Assembly (NCBI GenBank): GCA_014905635.1
Contig: JABVCE010000010.1
Span: 992,001 to 1,056,000, forward strand
Direction: 5' to 3'
Source: Scenedesmus sp. PABB004
Taxonomy: Eukaryota
Length of the DNA stretch: 64,000 nt
Position 1 is the stretch's first letter. Each line of letters opens with the position of its first letter. Positions 11,609 to 24,825 of this stretch are shown here, piece after piece. The notes under the pieces were generated by a model. That model was not told the origin of the DNA, did no database searches, and saw only the letters and a program-made list of their open reading frames with translations. The position numbers and the translations under genes were made by a program.

Positions 11609-14600
11609 GGCGACGCGCGCGAATCTTCAACACACACACACACGGACGCGCGCGGCGCGCGCGGCGCACCTTGTAGCGCGTCTGGTTGTGGTAGTCAAAC
11701 TCGAAGCGCTTGAGGTGCACGCAGAGCATGGCCGGCAGCGACTTGATCGCGGCGCGCTTGACCGCGGTCACCTTCTGCCCCAGCTCCTCGCAGTAGTAGG
11801 CGTTGTCGCCCTCCATCAGCTCGCCCTGCGCGCGGTGCGGCGGCGCCGGCAGCGACGGCAGGTCCGTCGGCGGGGCCGGGGTCGGGCGCCCGACAGACAC
11901 GCACGCACGCATGCACGCAGCCAGCCGCCCACACGCGCGCACGCGTCAGCGCGCCCACGCAAGCGCCCGCACGCAGCCAGCCGCCTGCCCACACGCGCGC
12001 CGCGCACCTTGACGTAGTCGTCGAGGCTGCGCTGCAGCGAGCCCATGCCCTTGACGTCGACGCTGATCTGGTAAAAGTCCTCGCAGCGCTCGCTCGTAAA
12101 GGCGTGGCCGCGGCAGATGATCTGCTGCACAAACACGCCGCCCATGACCGACCGGATCGCGGGCGCCGTCCCGCCGCTGATCATGTGCTGGTCCACAAAG
12201 TCCTGCGGTTCAGGGGTCAGGGCGGCGCGGGCCGGCGGCGGCAGCGGCGCGCGTCGGCGGCGGATCCAGGGCGCGGCACCGGCGGGAGGGCGCCCGTGCT
12301 GCGCGCTGCGAGGCGCGGCCGCGGCGCGCGGCGCGCGCCTGGAGGCGTGTGAAGAACTCGTACGCGTCCTGGTGCTCCTTGACGTCGATGGGGCTGCCGT
12401 CGTAGTCCTTGAACGACGCCCAGAAGTCGCGGGGCCACAGGAACGTGCCCCGCCCCGCCGCGAGCGTCGCAAAGACGGCCTGCAGCTGCGCGAACACGCT
12501 CTCGCGCGCCGCCGCGCCCGCGACGCCCGGCGCGGCCAGCACGGCGGCGCGGATGGCGGGCTGCATGAAGAGCTGCTGGATGACGGCGTTCATGTAGCAC
12601 GTCGCGCCGCCGTTCTTAAGCCCCATGTAGCACCCGGGCCCGCGCAGCGCCTTGGGCGCGACGCCCCAGCCGGTGAGCACGGCGCGCTCGTAGTGCAGCG
12701 ACGCGAGCGCCGCGACGCCCTCCTCGAGCGCGGCCGGCGCGTCGCCGAGGAGCTCCGCGAGCAGCGCGAGCGCGGCGCGGCGCGCGGGCGGCCCGCTCGC
12801 GCGCGGCGCGAGGCGGCGCGCCGTCGCGCCCAGGCTCAGCCGCCCCGCCGCGAGCTCCTGCTGCGCGAGCGCCTCCGGGAAGAGAAAGTCGTGCAGCAGC
12901 AGCCGCGACAGCCCGCCGCCCGCGTCGGCGCCGACGCCGCGGCGGTCGAGCGCGCGCACGAGCGACAGCACCAGCCCCAGCCGGCCCGTCAGCAGCGCGT
13001 CCGCCGCGTCGGCGCCGGCCGGCGGCGGCGGCGGCGCCGCCGCCGCGGCGCGCAGCGCGGACACCTCCTCGTCGAGCAGCGCGCCCGCGAGCGCAAACAG
13101 CCCCGGCGCCTGCAGGCCCGCGCCGCCGCGCGCGGCCGCGGCGCGCGAGACCATCGCCGCGAGCAGGTCGTACAGCTCGCCGCTCGCGGCTGGCGCGGCG
13201 GCCGCGGACGCGCGCGCGGCCGACAGCTGCGCGAGCAACCACGGCAGCAGCCGCGGGTGCGCGCCGTCGGCGGTCGCGAGGCGCTGCAGCAGCTCCGCGG
13301 CCTGGCGGCGCAGCGCCGGGTGGTGGGGGCTGACCAGGACGACGCTGATGAGCGGGCAGGCCGGCGCGTCGAGCAGCAGCGCCTGCGCGAGCCCCGGCGC
13401 GCCCTCCAGCAGCCGCCCCAGCAGCGCGAGCGCGTCGCGCACGACGCCGCCGTCGCGCTCCGCCGCCGCGTCGCGCAGCGGCGCGTCCTCGTCGTCGCTG
13501 TCGGCGGCGCCGCCGCCGCTGGCGAGCGAGCTGGCGCCGGCGCCGCCGGCGGCGGGCGGGGGCAGCCCCACGCCTGGCTCGCGTCCACCGCCACGCCCAG
13601 CAGCGTCTCGGCAATCAGCCGTAGCGTTGCGGGCCCGAACGCCGCGAGGCTGGCGCCGGAGGCGGCGCCGCCGCCGCCCTGCGGCAGCGGCGGCAGGTCA
13701 TCGCCGCGCGCGCGCTGCTGCTTGCCGCCGCTGAGCTGCTGCCGCGGGCGCGGCGGCGCCGGCGCCGCCGACTGCTGGCTGCCGCCGCCGGCGGGGGGGG
13801 AGCTCAGGGCCTCCTCCATGCAGGCGCCGGGGCTGCCCGGCGCCTGCCACGGCGCAGCGCCGCTGGCCGCCGCGGCGTGGTTGTTGTCGAGCGCCGCGCT
13901 GGTCGCCGCGTCGCCGCCGCCGCCGCGCTGGCTGGACGCCGCGGCGCCGGGCGCGCCGCCGGGCGCGACGGCGCCGCTCTCGGCGCCGCTCATGCCCTCC
14001 GCGCCGCCGCCGGCGCCGTGCCAGGCGGCCGCGGCGTCCACGAGGTTGTGCAGCAGCGTGACCAGCAGCTCGCTGAGCTGCCGCCGGAGCTGGACGTCGG
14101 CGCCCGCGGCCGCGGCCGCGCGCCGCGCCACGTCGAGCACCACCTCCAGCCCGCGGCTGTGCAGGAAGTCCTGCCGCTGCGCGTCGCGGTGCGCCGCCGC
14201 GGCCGCCGCGCCGACGGCGGCCGCGGCCGCCGCCGCGGCGGGCTCGCCGCCGCCGTTGGCGGTCGCGGCCGCGCCCGCGCCCGCGGCGGGGCTGGGGCAG
14301 GCGCTCGCCTCGGCCATCGCCTCTGCGTCGCCGCCGGGCGGCAGCAGCGCCTCGTCCAGGGTGGGGAACAGCAGCGCCGCGAGCGCCTGCAGCGAATAGA
14401 GGGCCTGGTAGGGCCGCACACTGCCGCCGCCGCCGGCGCCGGCGCCGGGCCGCCCCGCGCCGGCGCCGTCGGCGAGCGCCGCCGCGAGCGCGGCCGCCTT
14501 GTCCGGGCCGTCCAGCGCCGCGGCGAGGCGCGCCGCGAGCGCCGGGTGCGTGGGCAGCTGCGCGAGCAGCTCCGCCGCCATGCGCCCCAGCTCGGGCGCC

Positions 14601-15356
14601 GCGCTCGCCGCGACCGACGGCGGCACGTCCACCAGGCGCAGCAGCAGCGGGTAGATGCCCGCCTGAGGCGGACACAGCGGCGGCGGCGGCGCAGGGAGGG
14701 AGGCGCGTGAGGCCGGCGCCGCGCGGCGGGCGGCAGCCGCAGAGTCGCGGCGCGCGCGCGCGTGCGCGCGGGCGCACCGCCTGGCTGAGCATCCACGCAA
14801 ACGCGGCCTCCTCCCACGCGCCGCGGTGCTCCGCCGGCGCGCGGGTGAACTTGTTGGGCTCTGGGCTGACCATCGCCCCCAGCACCGTGCGCGACCGGCC
14901 GTCGCCCGGCGGCACCGTCACGGCGTCGCTGTCCAGCTCGTGGCCTGCCGGGCGGCGCGGCGCAGCGGCGCTCGGTGCGCGCGCGCGCTTGAGCGGGCGG
15001 GCGAGCCAGCCACGGCGCCGAGCGGGCGGCGCGCCAGGCCGCGGCGCGGCGGCCGCCGCCGCTCGTCCCGCCGCACTCACCGAGCGCAAACATGCGCACG
15101 TGCGCCGCGCCGCAGCCGAGCTCGCGCGCGACGCGCTCGCGCAGCAGGCCCACGTACTCGTTGGTGTGGCTGCTCAGGCGCAGCCGCTGCGGGCCGCCGT
15201 CGCGCTGCACCTCAAGCAGCAGCGGCGTGCCGCGCCACGCGTGGCGGTGCTCCGGCACGGGCGGCATCGCCAGCGCCTGCGTGGGGCGGGCCGCGGGCGG
15301 GCGGGCGGGCGGCGACGTGGGCGCGGCGCGGCGCGCGTGGACGCGTGGCGCCAGTC

Positions 15357-15387
<31 letters not shown>

Positions 15388-18300
15388 CGCTGGTCCTGCT
15401 GCGGCGATGGCGGCGGCGGCGGCGGCGGCGGCGCACCTTGCGAAACTCGATGGCCGCCAGCAGCAGCCCCAGCACCGGCTGCGCCATGCGCCACGCCCCG
15501 AGCGTGGCCAGCTGGTCCAGCGGCGCGGCCATGGCGCCCTCGAGCTGCGCCACGCGCCCCACGACGCGCCTGCGCGGCCGCCGCGCGAGCGCGGGCGCGT
15601 GGGCGGCGCGCGGGCGCGCGCCGCGCCGGGGCGGCCGGCGCGCGCACCCACGGGCGGCGAGCCCCCGCGCGGGCGGCGGCGCCGCGGCGCTTACTTGATG
15701 AGCGCGCGCTGGAAGGGCGCCGCCGCGGGGGAGTGCTGGTCGCAGTGGTACAGCGTGAGCAGCTGCTCCTTGGCCAGCCCGTGCACGCGCTCGGAGGGGT
15801 GCTGCACGAGGTGCCAGGGCAGGTCGAGGCCTGGCGGGCGGGGGCGGGGGCAGGCGGCGGGCGTCGGGCGGTCGGGTGCGGGAGCAGGCGGCGCACGCGC
15901 AGGTGGGCTGCGCGGCGCCCGGCCGCGCCGCAGATCTGGGAGAGCAAGGGAGCAAGCCCCGCACGCTCAACCCCCTCACCCTTGATGTCCTCCAGCCGCA
16001 CGGCGTGGAAGCGCGCCGGCTTGGCGGTGACGGCGACGATGGAGCCCTCCTCAAGGTTCACCTGCGGCCGCGACGGCGGCGGGGTCGGCGGCGGGGTCGG
16101 TGCGCCGGCGGCGGCGTCCCTGGGCGGCTGGCCCGGCTCCTGCCGCCGCGCGCGCCGCGCGGCCGCGGCGCTGCTCGCTCTGCCCGCTCCGCGTGCGTGG
16201 GCACCAGAGGGATCCCAAGCGAGCCGCACCTGGTTGAACAGCTCCAGGTAGAGCCGCGCGCTCGTGGTGCTCGCCGCGAGCAGCGCCGACGGCTGCGCCG
16301 CCACGGTCGCCTCGAGCAGCGCCGCCTGCACCTCTTTCTCAAACAGTGGCGGCACGTCGGCGCCGGCGCCGGCGAAGCCAGACTTGAAGAATTGCTGCGC
16401 GGCGAGCGGCGGTCGGCGGTCGGCGGGCGCCGCCGCGGCAGCGCGCGTGGCGGGCGGGCGCGACGCGCGCACGCGCGCCGCGGTCGGGCGTCCACCTGCG
16501 TCGCCATCATGGCGTCCTCCCCCGCGGGCGCGTTGACCACGAGGGCCTGCCACAGCCGCTCCGCGAGGTCACCGGGGAAGAAGTGCGTGCCGCTGTGCCC
16601 GAAGAACCTGGGTGGGAGCACAGGAGCGGCACGTGCCGTGAGCACAGGGGAGCGGCGCGAGGCGCGCTCGGGCGGGGCAGCAGTGTGCGCGGCGGCACGC
16701 CCAGGCGGGGCCGGGCGTGCGCGCGACCGTGGTGGTGCGGGCGCTCTCACCTGAGCGTCTGCATGGTCTCGCGGATGAGCTCTGCATAGGGCCACGCGCC
16801 CTCGCCCAGCGCCGCGATCGCCGCGCGCTCCGCGGCGGCGACGGCCGCGTCCGCTGCGGCGCCGCCTGGCGGCGGGCGCGGCCGCGCGGGCGCGGTGTGA
16901 GGCGGCGGCCGCCGCTGGCCGCGCGGCACGAGCGCAGCGCAGCGCGCACCTCTGTCGCCCGCGACCTCCCGCGCCGTGGCGCGAGCCTCGGCCAGCACCG
17001 CGCGCGCGCTGGCCACCAGCGTGCACACCGCGTCCACCAGCTTGGCCTGGCGCGGCAGGCGCGACGCCGCGGGGCGCCGCGGGGCGGGCGGGGCGGGGCG
17101 GGGGGCTCAGCCCGCTGCCGTGGCCGCCGACGGACGCGCGGCACACACGCGCGCCGCAGCAGCGCCAACCCAGACGGCGCGCCGCACCTGCAGCCCGTGC
17201 TGGTCCATCAGGTCATCCGCGACCGACTCCTGCGTGTGGCCCCGGCCGTCCTGCAGCGCAAGCGCAAGCGCGAGCGCAGAGAGCGGGCGGCGCGGTCAGG
17301 CGCGGCGCGGTGCGCGCGGCGGGGCGCGCGGCGGCGCGGCGTGCACGGAGCAGCGCAGCACGCACCTTGAGCTGCTCGTCGGGCAGCAGCCGCAGCAGCT
17401 CGCGCATCGCGCGCAGCAGCGGCACGCGGCCGCCGCTGCCGTCGGCGAACGCGGTGAAGCAGCGCTTGACGAGCCTCTCCACGCAGCGCTGGTAGGAGGC
17501 GGCCTGCAGGGCCGCACGCGGTGCGCGGCGGGCGCACGGCGCGGCGGGGCGGGGGCGGCACGGCGCGGCTCGGCGCGGCGCGCCGGCGGGGGCCGCCGCG
17601 CCGCCCGGGCCGGCGCGCGGTCGCGCCGCGCCGCGCCGCGGGTGCCGCCGCGCCTTCATGTTTGGCTTGTAGGCCTTCACGCAGCCCACGAGCGGCGACG
17701 GCGACGCGAGCGCGAGCGCGGGCGGCGCGGCCGCGGGCGTGGCGAGGCTCCAGACCAGGTCGAGGATGTTGTCCTGCATTATCAGCTGCGCGCCCCGCGC
17801 GGGCACGGGGGTGCGTGATTAGGGGGCGGGCGCGGCGTGCGCGGGGCGGGCGGGCCGGCCGGCCGCCCTCGCGGCCGCCGCGCGCCGCGCGCATCGCGCG
17901 CGCGCGTGCGCGCGCGTGCAGCTCCCCGCGCCCGCGCGCCTGCGCGCGCATGCCTGCGTGTCGCTCGCCGCGAGCGAGGTGAGCAGGCCGAGCAGGCGCT
18001 GCGTGTCGGGCGGGACCCGCTCGGCGGCGGCCTGCAGCTTGGCAAAGAGCATGTCGAGCTGGCTCGGCGCAAACGCGGAGGCCAGCTCGGCGAGCAGGCC
18101 GTACATGTGCGCCTTGACTGCCTCGTATGTGTCCTCCTGATGGGCGGTCAGACGGTTGGGCCACGTGGTTGTTGGCCAAGTGGTTGTGGGTCAAAGCAAG
18201 CAGCGGCAGCTGGGGCCGGGACGTGCAGCGCGGGCAGGCGGCTACGGCGGCTGCGGCGGCTGCGGCGGCGCGCACCTTCTCGGTGATGGCCCACAGCATG

Positions 18301-20856
18301 TCGATGTGCTTGGGCGTGAGGCACTCGTGCTTGGCCAGCACGACCATGATGCCGCGGACCTGGGCGCGGCGCACGATGCGCGGAACGGCGTGGGCGCGGG
18401 CACGGGGGCAGGGCGGGCGCGGGCGCGTGCGCGGCACGCCCGCCTGCCGTGGCGATGGCGAGCGCCGCCGCGGCCGCCGCTCACCTCTGCCACGTACTGG
18501 CGCTGGTGCAGGCCGGTGCGCAGGATGCGCTCGACGATGCGCTGCTCCGCGAGCCACGCGATCAGCGCCTGGCGTGCGGCGCGGCGAGCGGCACGACGCC
18601 CAGCTGAGCGCCCCACGAGCGCCCCGGCGCCCTCACCACAGCCTCCTGCCGTCGCCTGCCGCCGCCTGCCGCCTGCCGCCCGCCGCCCACAGCCGCCCGC
18701 GCGCGGCGCCCGCCACACCTCAAAGGCCTCGGCCTCGGCCTCCGCGCCGCGCTCCGCGTCGGCGGCGGTGGTGGTGAGCATGCGCTTGCACGCGCCCACG
18801 CCCGAGAGCAGCTTGTTGAAGCTGCTGCTCTCCAGCATCTTCTGCACAAACGTGCACTGCACGCGCTGCAGCTGCGGGCGCGGCGCGGACGCGGGCGGGC
18901 GCGTGCGTCGTGCGTCCGTCGGGGCCCCCGGGCCGCGCGGGCGGCGCGCGGGCGCGGAGCCGCGCGGCGGCGCGGCGCGGCGCGCGGCGGCGCCGCGGCG
19001 CGCCGCGCCGCGCCGCGCACCTGCAGCTGCGCGGGGCGCGGGTCGGCGGTGCGCGCGATGATGCGCGGGAGGTTGATCTCTACGAGGCAGTGCAGCGCGC
19101 TGTAGGTGCGGTCAGTGCCGTACTCGCACAGGCGCTCGTGGTCCGCCTCCACCAGGCCCCCCACGTGCTCGAGCACCGGCGGCACGACGAGGCTGAAGCG
19201 CGCGAGCGCCTCCTCCGTCGCCAGCTCGACCACCTGGCGCCGGCGGGTGGGCGTGGGGCGGCGGCGGCGGCGGGCCTCGGCGGCGCGCGGGGCGCGCGCC
19301 CGCTCTGCGGCGGCCCGCCGCGCTGCGCCCGCCGCGCTGCGCCGGCCGCCGTCGCCCGCCGCTGCCGCCGCGCGCCAGCTCGGGCCGCGGCGCGCACCTG
19401 CGCCAGCACCGCCATCAGCATGTTGAGGAAGCTGAAGCTCAGGCCCGCCGGCTGCATCAGCAGCTGCGCGGCGCGGGGCGGGGCGGCCGCGCCGAGCGGC
19501 GCCCGGCAGGGGGCGTGAGCAGCTGCCGGGGCGTGCAGCCGACCCCGCTGCACGCGCGCACTCGCCCCCGTCGCCCTGCTGCCGCCGCCGCCGCCGCCGC
19601 CGCCGCGCCAGCCGCTGCTGCGTGTGCCGCGCGCGGGCCGTCCATGGTGGTCCGCGGCCGCGGCCGCCGCCGCCGGCGCACCTGCACGATGCTGTCGAAG
19701 CCGCGCACGACGCCAAAGCTGTTGATGATGTGCACGAGCCAGCGCGAGCGCTCCAGCAGCGGCTCCTCCGGCTCCTCGTCCTCCCCCAGCTCCTCCAGCT
19801 CGCCGGGCTCCCCAAACTGGCGCTGCGCCCAGTTTTCGGCTGCGGCGGCGGCGGCGGCGGCGGCGGCGCGCAGCGTCCGCGCGCTGCACGCGCGCGCTGC
19901 GGGCGCCGAGCGGCGCGCTGCGCGTCGGCCGGCGCGCACGTGGGTCGTCGAAGACCGAGTGCGCCAGCACCGGCAGGTCGTCCTCGCACAGCTGCTTGTG
20001 CAGCGGCATGTTATGGTTGAACAGGTCCAGCAGCGCGTGCGCCACGCACAGCAGGTCGCTGTCCACCTCCGCGCTGATCTCGCCAAAGTCGCTCGCCAAG
20101 CGCCAGTCCAGCGCGTGGCCGCTCAGCATGATGAGCGCCTGCGCCGGCGGCCGCGGCGCGGCGTGCAGGCGCGGCCGCGGGTCGGGTCGGCGCGGCTGCG
20201 GCGGCCACGGCGACCGCGGCCGCAGCCGCGGCGCGCCCGCCCGCCGGCGGCGGCCGCACCTCCAGGACCTCCAGCAGCAGCGCGTGCTCCGCGTCGACGA
20301 CCACGAAGCGGCCGCCGCTGGTGCAGTGCAGCAGCTTGTCGACCGCGACGTACAGCTCTTCGCGGAAGAAGCGGCGCATGGTGTCGAGGTCGATCATGCG
20401 CATCCTGCGGCGCGGCCCGCGGCCGCGGGCCGGTCGGCGCGCGGCGGTTGCGGCGGCTGCGCGCCGCGCGGTGCGCTGCGGCGCGCGCCGCCGCCCGATC
20501 GCGCCGCCGGCGCCGGCGGCGGGCTGCAACGCCGCGGCCGGCGCGCCCGGCGGCCGCCGGGCGGCGCGGTGGGGGGGCCCGGCGGCGCATGGGCGGCGGC
20601 GCGCGCCGCACCGCGTGCCCTGGCGAAAAATGCTGTTCGCGGCCAGCAGGCACTGCAGGAACGGCCACAGCGCGTGCCCGCTGGACCGGAGCAGGCCCAG
20701 GGGGGTAGAGAGCGCTATGAACTCGTCGCTGGGGAAGAGGCGGCCCTCCGCCGTGCCCGCGGTGCCCTCATCCATGAGCTCCTCCAGCAGCTCCTCGCTC
20801 TCGCCGCCCCGGCTGCCGCTGCCCAGGCTCCTCGACCCGAGATCGTCGTCCTTCAT
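7972..20856 (-). CDS. Large ubiquitin-specific protease (peptidase C19, USP9/24/34-like architecture), many exons
   Basis: Cys box GLKNGGATCYMNAVIQQLFM (~12560-12625), EHQDAYEFF, GELMEGDNAYYCEE, LPAMLCVHLKRFEFDY, DRFEFPMEIDM, His box YDLMGVVVHSGSAFTGHYYSYIRER, WFLFDDKSV and SAYMLFYER. There is a long helical N-terminal region. Start (MKDDDL) and stop are less certain, and two 1-bp frame breaks occur at ~8530 and ~13568. Confidence 0.88.
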
Positions 20857-21219
20857 CCCCACGCCAAGCCTCGAGGCGGCAGGCGCGCCCGGGAGCACGG
20901 GCTCGGCGCGGGCGCCTCGCGCTCGCGCGCCAAGGGCGGATGCGGCCGCGCTGCCTCAGCCCATCGCTACGGCAGCCGACGTCGCGCGCTTCGACACCGC
21001 TCTGGCGCCGCCGGGCCCGCGCTCGCAGCAGCACCGTAGCCTCGCGCGCCCGACCGGTGAACCGCGCGCCCGCCTCGCGTGCTTCGAGCGCCCGGGCGAC
21101 GGCACGTGTGACGGGGATCGCCGGGGAGCGGCGGCCGCGGCGTGCGGGCGGCCGCCGGCGTTGCTGGCAGGCGCCGACCGACCGCCGCGCAGCGCGGTCG
21201 GCCTCGCCTAGGATTGAAT

Positions 21220-21224
21220 TTACA
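21220..21224 (-). promoter_or_regulatory. Putative TGTAA polyadenylation signal downstream of the FTR gene
   Basis: TGTAA on the minus strand in an AT-rich patch ~440 nt past the FTR stop. TGTAA is the established chlorophyte poly(A) signal. Confidence 0.35.
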
Positions 21225-21665
21225 GTTTGACGCCGGCGCAGGCGCAGACCACCCTGCGCGGCGCATCACCGTCAAGTGCCACTCGCCTCCCGCCGCACGA
21301 CGCCGCCAGCCTCTGGGCGGCGCGCGGGGGGGGGGGGGGGGGGGGCTGCGCCCAGGTGCAGCAGCAGCCCCCGCCCGGGGCCACGGCCGCCCCTCTCTCG
21401 ACGCCGCAACGGGGCCGCCATGCGCAGCAGCGCCGGGCGGGCGTGGCGCGGCAGACGCCGCGCGGCGGCCGCTTTCATTGCTCGACTCGCCGCGCCGCTC
21501 GTCGTCGCCGTCCGTCAATGGAGGGGAACTCTACTACAAGCGGCACACAAAAACACGCCGGGAGGGTGGCTGTACAGTCGGGACGAGGCGCGGCGCGCGC
21601 CGGGCAGCGCGGCGGCGCGGCGCGCGCGTGGGTGCCCGTGGGAGGCGCCCGGGCGGTGGGGCGCC

Positions 21666-22714
21666 TCACATTCCGCTGATGCCGGCTTCGACCTCGTCCA
21701 TGGTGATGGTCTGGTCCTTGCCCGCAAAGTCGTTGTCCTCGGTCAAGAACAGCATGCAGTGGCACTCCTGCGCGGCGCGGCGCGTCGGCGGGCGGCGCGT
21801 CGGCGCGCGGCGCTGCGGCCGTTGCTGCCGCTGCCGTTGCTGCGGCTGCTGCGCGCGCGGCCCGCCGCGAGGCGCCGCCGCGGCCGCCGCGGCCGCGCCT
21901 TGCGCTCGCGCATGGGCACGCAGGGGCAGTTCCAGAAGCCCTGCGCCGCCTCGGCCTCCTTGTCGTCGTAGTGCCGGCAGGGGCACAGCGGCGCGCCGAG
22001 CGTGTCCTTGTGCTCCGCGAGGCCCTGGATGACGACCGCGGTCACGCTCTTGTCCACGCAAAAGTAGGTGCCCGACCTGCGCGGGGGGGCGGCGGCGGCG
22101 GCCGCGGTCGCGCGGCGGGCCGGGCCGGGCGGCCGCGGCCGCGGCCCCGCGTACGCCGGGCGGGCGGGCGGCTGCGCATGCATGCGCCCGCCGCTCGCGC
22201 AACGGCCCAGCCCTGCTGCCCCGCCGTTGCGAGCAGCAGCAGCCCCCGGCGCCCGCGCCGCCGGCCTGCCGCGCGCGCCAGCACGGCGCCCGCGCCCGCC
22301 GCGCCAGCAGCAGCAGCTGCGCCGCGCCGCCGCCGCCGCCGCGGCAATGGCGCACCGCTTGGCGTACTGCTCCGAGAACTTGCGCATCACCTCCAGGCTG
22401 TGGCTCTCGGCGGCCGTCTCGACCTCTGCGGCGCCGGGGTTCGCGGGGCGGGGGCGGTCGATCAGATGCCGACCCGAACGCCCCCGAGAGCTGTCGGAGG
22501 CGAGCCCGGCGCCCGCTCACGCGGTGCGCGGGGGCGGGGAGGGTGTCGGGCGCCGCCAATGCGGGCGCGCCGCCCCTCGGCGCGGCCGGGACGGGCAGGC
22601 GCGGCGCCCGCGCGCACCCGCGGCGCGCACGGCCACGCTGCGCCGCGCCGGGCGCGTGCAGCGGCGGGCGCTGGCGGCGCTGAGGCCCAGGGCGCTGCGG
22701 GAGAGGGCCGCCAT
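21666..22714 (-). CDS. FTRC: Ferredoxin-thioredoxin reductase catalytic subunit, plastid-targeted, 4 exons
   Basis: Transit-peptide-like MAALSRSALGLS..., then MRKFSEQYAKR|SGTYFCVDKSVTAVVIQGLAEHKDTLGAPLCPCRHYDDKEAEAAQGFWNCPCVPMRERK|ECHCMLFLT, carrying the CPC/CPC/CHC motifs. Confidence 0.97.
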
Positions 22715-23107
22715 TCCGCAGGCGAGCGCGGCGGGTGCGGGGCGGGCAGTGCGGGGCGCGGCGCGGCGCAGTGGGCAGTGAAGGGCGCAGGGAGGAGGGT
22801 GTGGGCGGCGCAGCGGGGTCGCCCTGCACGAGCTGCGCGTCAAAAATCAGCAGCGGCAGCCCGGCGGGCGGAGCAGCAGCGCCCGCAGCACCGAACGCCC
22901 CTCCCCGCTGTCCACTGCCTCGCGCTAGCGAATTACAGGCCGCTCAGGCGCCGCCCGCCCCGCCAGGCGGCTCACAGCGCGGGTGCGGTTTCGTCGACCG
23001 GCGCGACCGGCGCCGACCGGCGCGCCCGAGGCCCGCCAGGCCCGCCGCGGGCGGCGGAGCACGCAGGGCGGCCTGTCAGACCCAGGGCGCACAAGCCGGG
23101 GGGCGCC

Positions 23108-24477
23108 ATGTCCAGCAAGTCGCCGCTGGACGCCTTCTACAAGGACGCCCTGCGCATTGGCAACCTCAAGGTGCGCCGCCAGCGGGCCTCACCACCCGCC
23201 CCGCCCGCCCCTGCGCCCCCGCTCGGACTGGGCACGGGCCGGCAACGAGCTGCGCCTCACGGCGGCCGGCGCCGGGCGCGTGCGCGGGCGCCCGCGCGCA
23301 GTGCTTCAACCACTTCAGCCTCTACCTCAAGGGCCGCGAGGAGCTCGTGGTCACCGTGTACCACGGCCCCCTCCCCGCCTCCGGCAGCCAGCCCATCGCG
23401 CGCCTGAGCCTGCCGGGGTGCGCGCGCGCGGCGGCGCGGCGGCGCGGCGGCGCGGCGCGCAGCGCGGCGCGCGCAGCGCCGACGCCCGCGCCGCGCCGCC
23501 CCGCACGCAGCGCGGGCCCGGAGCAGGCGCTGCCGCCGGCTAGCCCCGCGTCGCACGAGTCGGACGTCAACAACCCCGAGGTGCGGCGCCCGCCGCTGGG
23601 CGCAGCGGAGGGGGCGAGGCGTGTCGCCGCCGGGGCCGTCGACCCGCGCTCAGCACTTGCCGGCGACCGCCGGCCGCAGGTGACGGTGTTTCTGATCGGC
23701 GCGTACGCCAAGTACAACTGGCCGTATGTGTGGGTGCGTGCGCGCGTGCGTGCCGGGCCGGCCGCGAGCCCCGCGGCGCGCGGCCGGGCGGGGGCCACCG
23801 CGCCTCACCTGCGCCGCCGCCGGCGCCGCGCAGCTGCGCTCGCTGTCGCGCAACCACCAGGGCGTGGACATCGACGCGCCGCTCGACATCCCGTCCACCA
23901 AAAACTGGAAGGCCCAAGGTCGGGCGCGCGCGGCGCAGCAGCAGCGGGCAGCGCGCAGCACGCAGCCGCGCGGCCGGCCCGCGCAGCCGGCGGCGGCCGC
24001 CGCCGAGCCCGCCGCGACCGCGGCCGCGGCCGCGGCCGCGCGCAGGGCTGCGCGCGTGGGACATCGTGGCGGAGCTGATCGCGCTGAACATCGCGCCGCC
24101 GCCGGTCAACCCGTTTGCCGTCAACTTTGACGGGCTCGCGCAGATGCCGACGCTGGAGCGCGCGCTGCAGGCACGGGGGCGGGCGCGCGCGCATGCCGGC
24201 GGCAGCGCCGGGCGGCCGGCGCGCAGCCAGCGGTGGCCGCCGCGCGCTCACGCCGCCGACCGGCACCGCGCCGCAGGCCGGCGCGACCGCGTCGTTCCTG
24301 CGCGAGCTGCTGCTCAGCCCCGGCTGCGCCGCGCCGGCCGCGGTGGAGGCGGACCTGCAGCGCTGCCTCGACATGCACTTCAGGGATATGCCGCAGCTCA
24401 TCCCCGAGGCCCCCGGGGCGCTGCCGCCGGAGTGCCTCGAGCGCCTGCAGCCGGCCGCGCGCGGCGTCGCGTCGTGA
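23108..24477 (+). CDS. Uncharacterised protein with globular-looking sequence, about 7 exons
   Basis: Clean exons with coding-like composition: [40 protein letters not shown]...|[74 protein letters not shown]...|[12 protein letters not shown]. Confidence 0.8.
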
Positions 24478-24825
24478 CGGCGGGCGGGGGCGCGGGGGCG
24501 CGGGACTGCTCGCAGCGGGCGGGCGGGCGGGGACGCAGTGGGGGGGGGGGGAGGGTAGGCAGCGCAGCGTGCCAGCAGGAGCGGGGTGGGTGGGTGGGCG
24601 AGCGAGCGCGGTGGGCGGGCGGGCGCGGCGGACCGTGCTGGCGCGGCGGCGGCGCGAGCACACGGGCTCTGTGATTGCCTGCCGCGCGTGTGCACACGCG
24701 CATGAAACCGCCTCGGCGCCCTCGCCCGCCCGCCGGCGCGCCCTCAGGCGCCTGCTGCGACGGCCGCGTGCCGCGCGCACAGCTGCGCGCCGCGTGCCGC
24801 CGCGCCCGCCCAGCGCTGGCGGGGC

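Noticed and set aside
13560..13575. Second USP frame break (SQAW to GLPPP)
   Set aside because: It lies in a G run and one added G fixes it. The catalytic motifs are intact, so an assembly indel is more likely than biology.
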